From an uncultured bacterium (GTDB lineage: Bacteria; Bacillota_I; Bacilli_A; RFN20; CAG-826), in assembly GCA_949299165.1 (NCBI GenBank), contig CASFZJ010000001.1:626-64625 (forward strand): 64,000 bases of DNA, in the 5' to 3' direction. The position numbers and the translations under genes were made by a program. Position 1 is the stretch's first letter. Each line of letters opens with the position of its first letter. Positions 63,868 to 64,000 of this stretch are shown one piece after another. Under the pieces are notes generated by a model. The model was not told the DNA's origin and did not search any database. It worked only from the letters and a program-made list of their open reading frames with translations.

Positions 63868-64000
63868 AATTGGTGCCAGTCATTTCTTTTTGCGGATGGA
63901 CTCGTTTTCCGAGAAAACTCGTAAAGCCAATTAAGTTAAATAGTTCGAATTTTCGTTAAAACTTTTTGATAAGAGAGTTCAATTATTAACTGAATCTTCA

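Overview
Strongly AT-rich bacterial chromosome segment that uses the standard genetic code. Trp is encoded by TGG, and very long ORFs are not interrupted by TGA. Almost all genes lie on the minus strand. Gene content and order look like a low-GC Bacillota/Mycoplasmatota-type lineage (Acholeplasma-, Erysipelotrichia- or uncultured Mollicutes-like); this is inference only.

Housekeeping backbone:
- pdp, rsmF-like, plsC, amyX-type pullulanase, acpS, ftsK, an RNase J-like gene, yfcE-like, pnp.
- uppP, a heterodimeric ABC exporter, rpsO, ribF, ttcA-like.
- rimP-nusA-ylxR-infB-rbfA, then uppS-ispH-dxs, an EF-G paralogue, an orphan ACP, gmk-like, two CNNM/CorC transporters, tdk.
- Two M18 aminopeptidases, flavodoxin, rdgB, mgsA.
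- Five tRNAs: Glu-UUC, Asn-GUU, Val-GAC, Gly-UCC and a probable Thr-GGU.

Accessory or unusual content:
1. A compact seven-gene Tad/Flp-like pilus operon (34.56-39.06 kb) next to tRNA genes.
2. A 1899-aa SF1 helicase-nuclease co-transcribed with a zinc-ribbon/TPR-like/two-TM protein (56.26-62.85 kb). The block lies between tRNA-Gly and a cluster of tRNA-Thr-derived fragments, and is a defence-island-like candidate.
3. An operon of a CvpA-like protein plus two tandem paralogous 4-TM proteins. Each has a long E/V/K/P repeat linker and a shared, unrecognised C-terminal domain (43.0-48.4 kb).
4. An RNase J homologue that has lost the HxHxDH metal-binding motif.
5. A dispersed ~22-nt intergenic motif family.
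6. A perfect palindromic cre box in front of the EF-G paralogue.
7. A decayed RibD_C-family pseudogene.

No CRISPR array, rRNA, transposase or integrase was seen.
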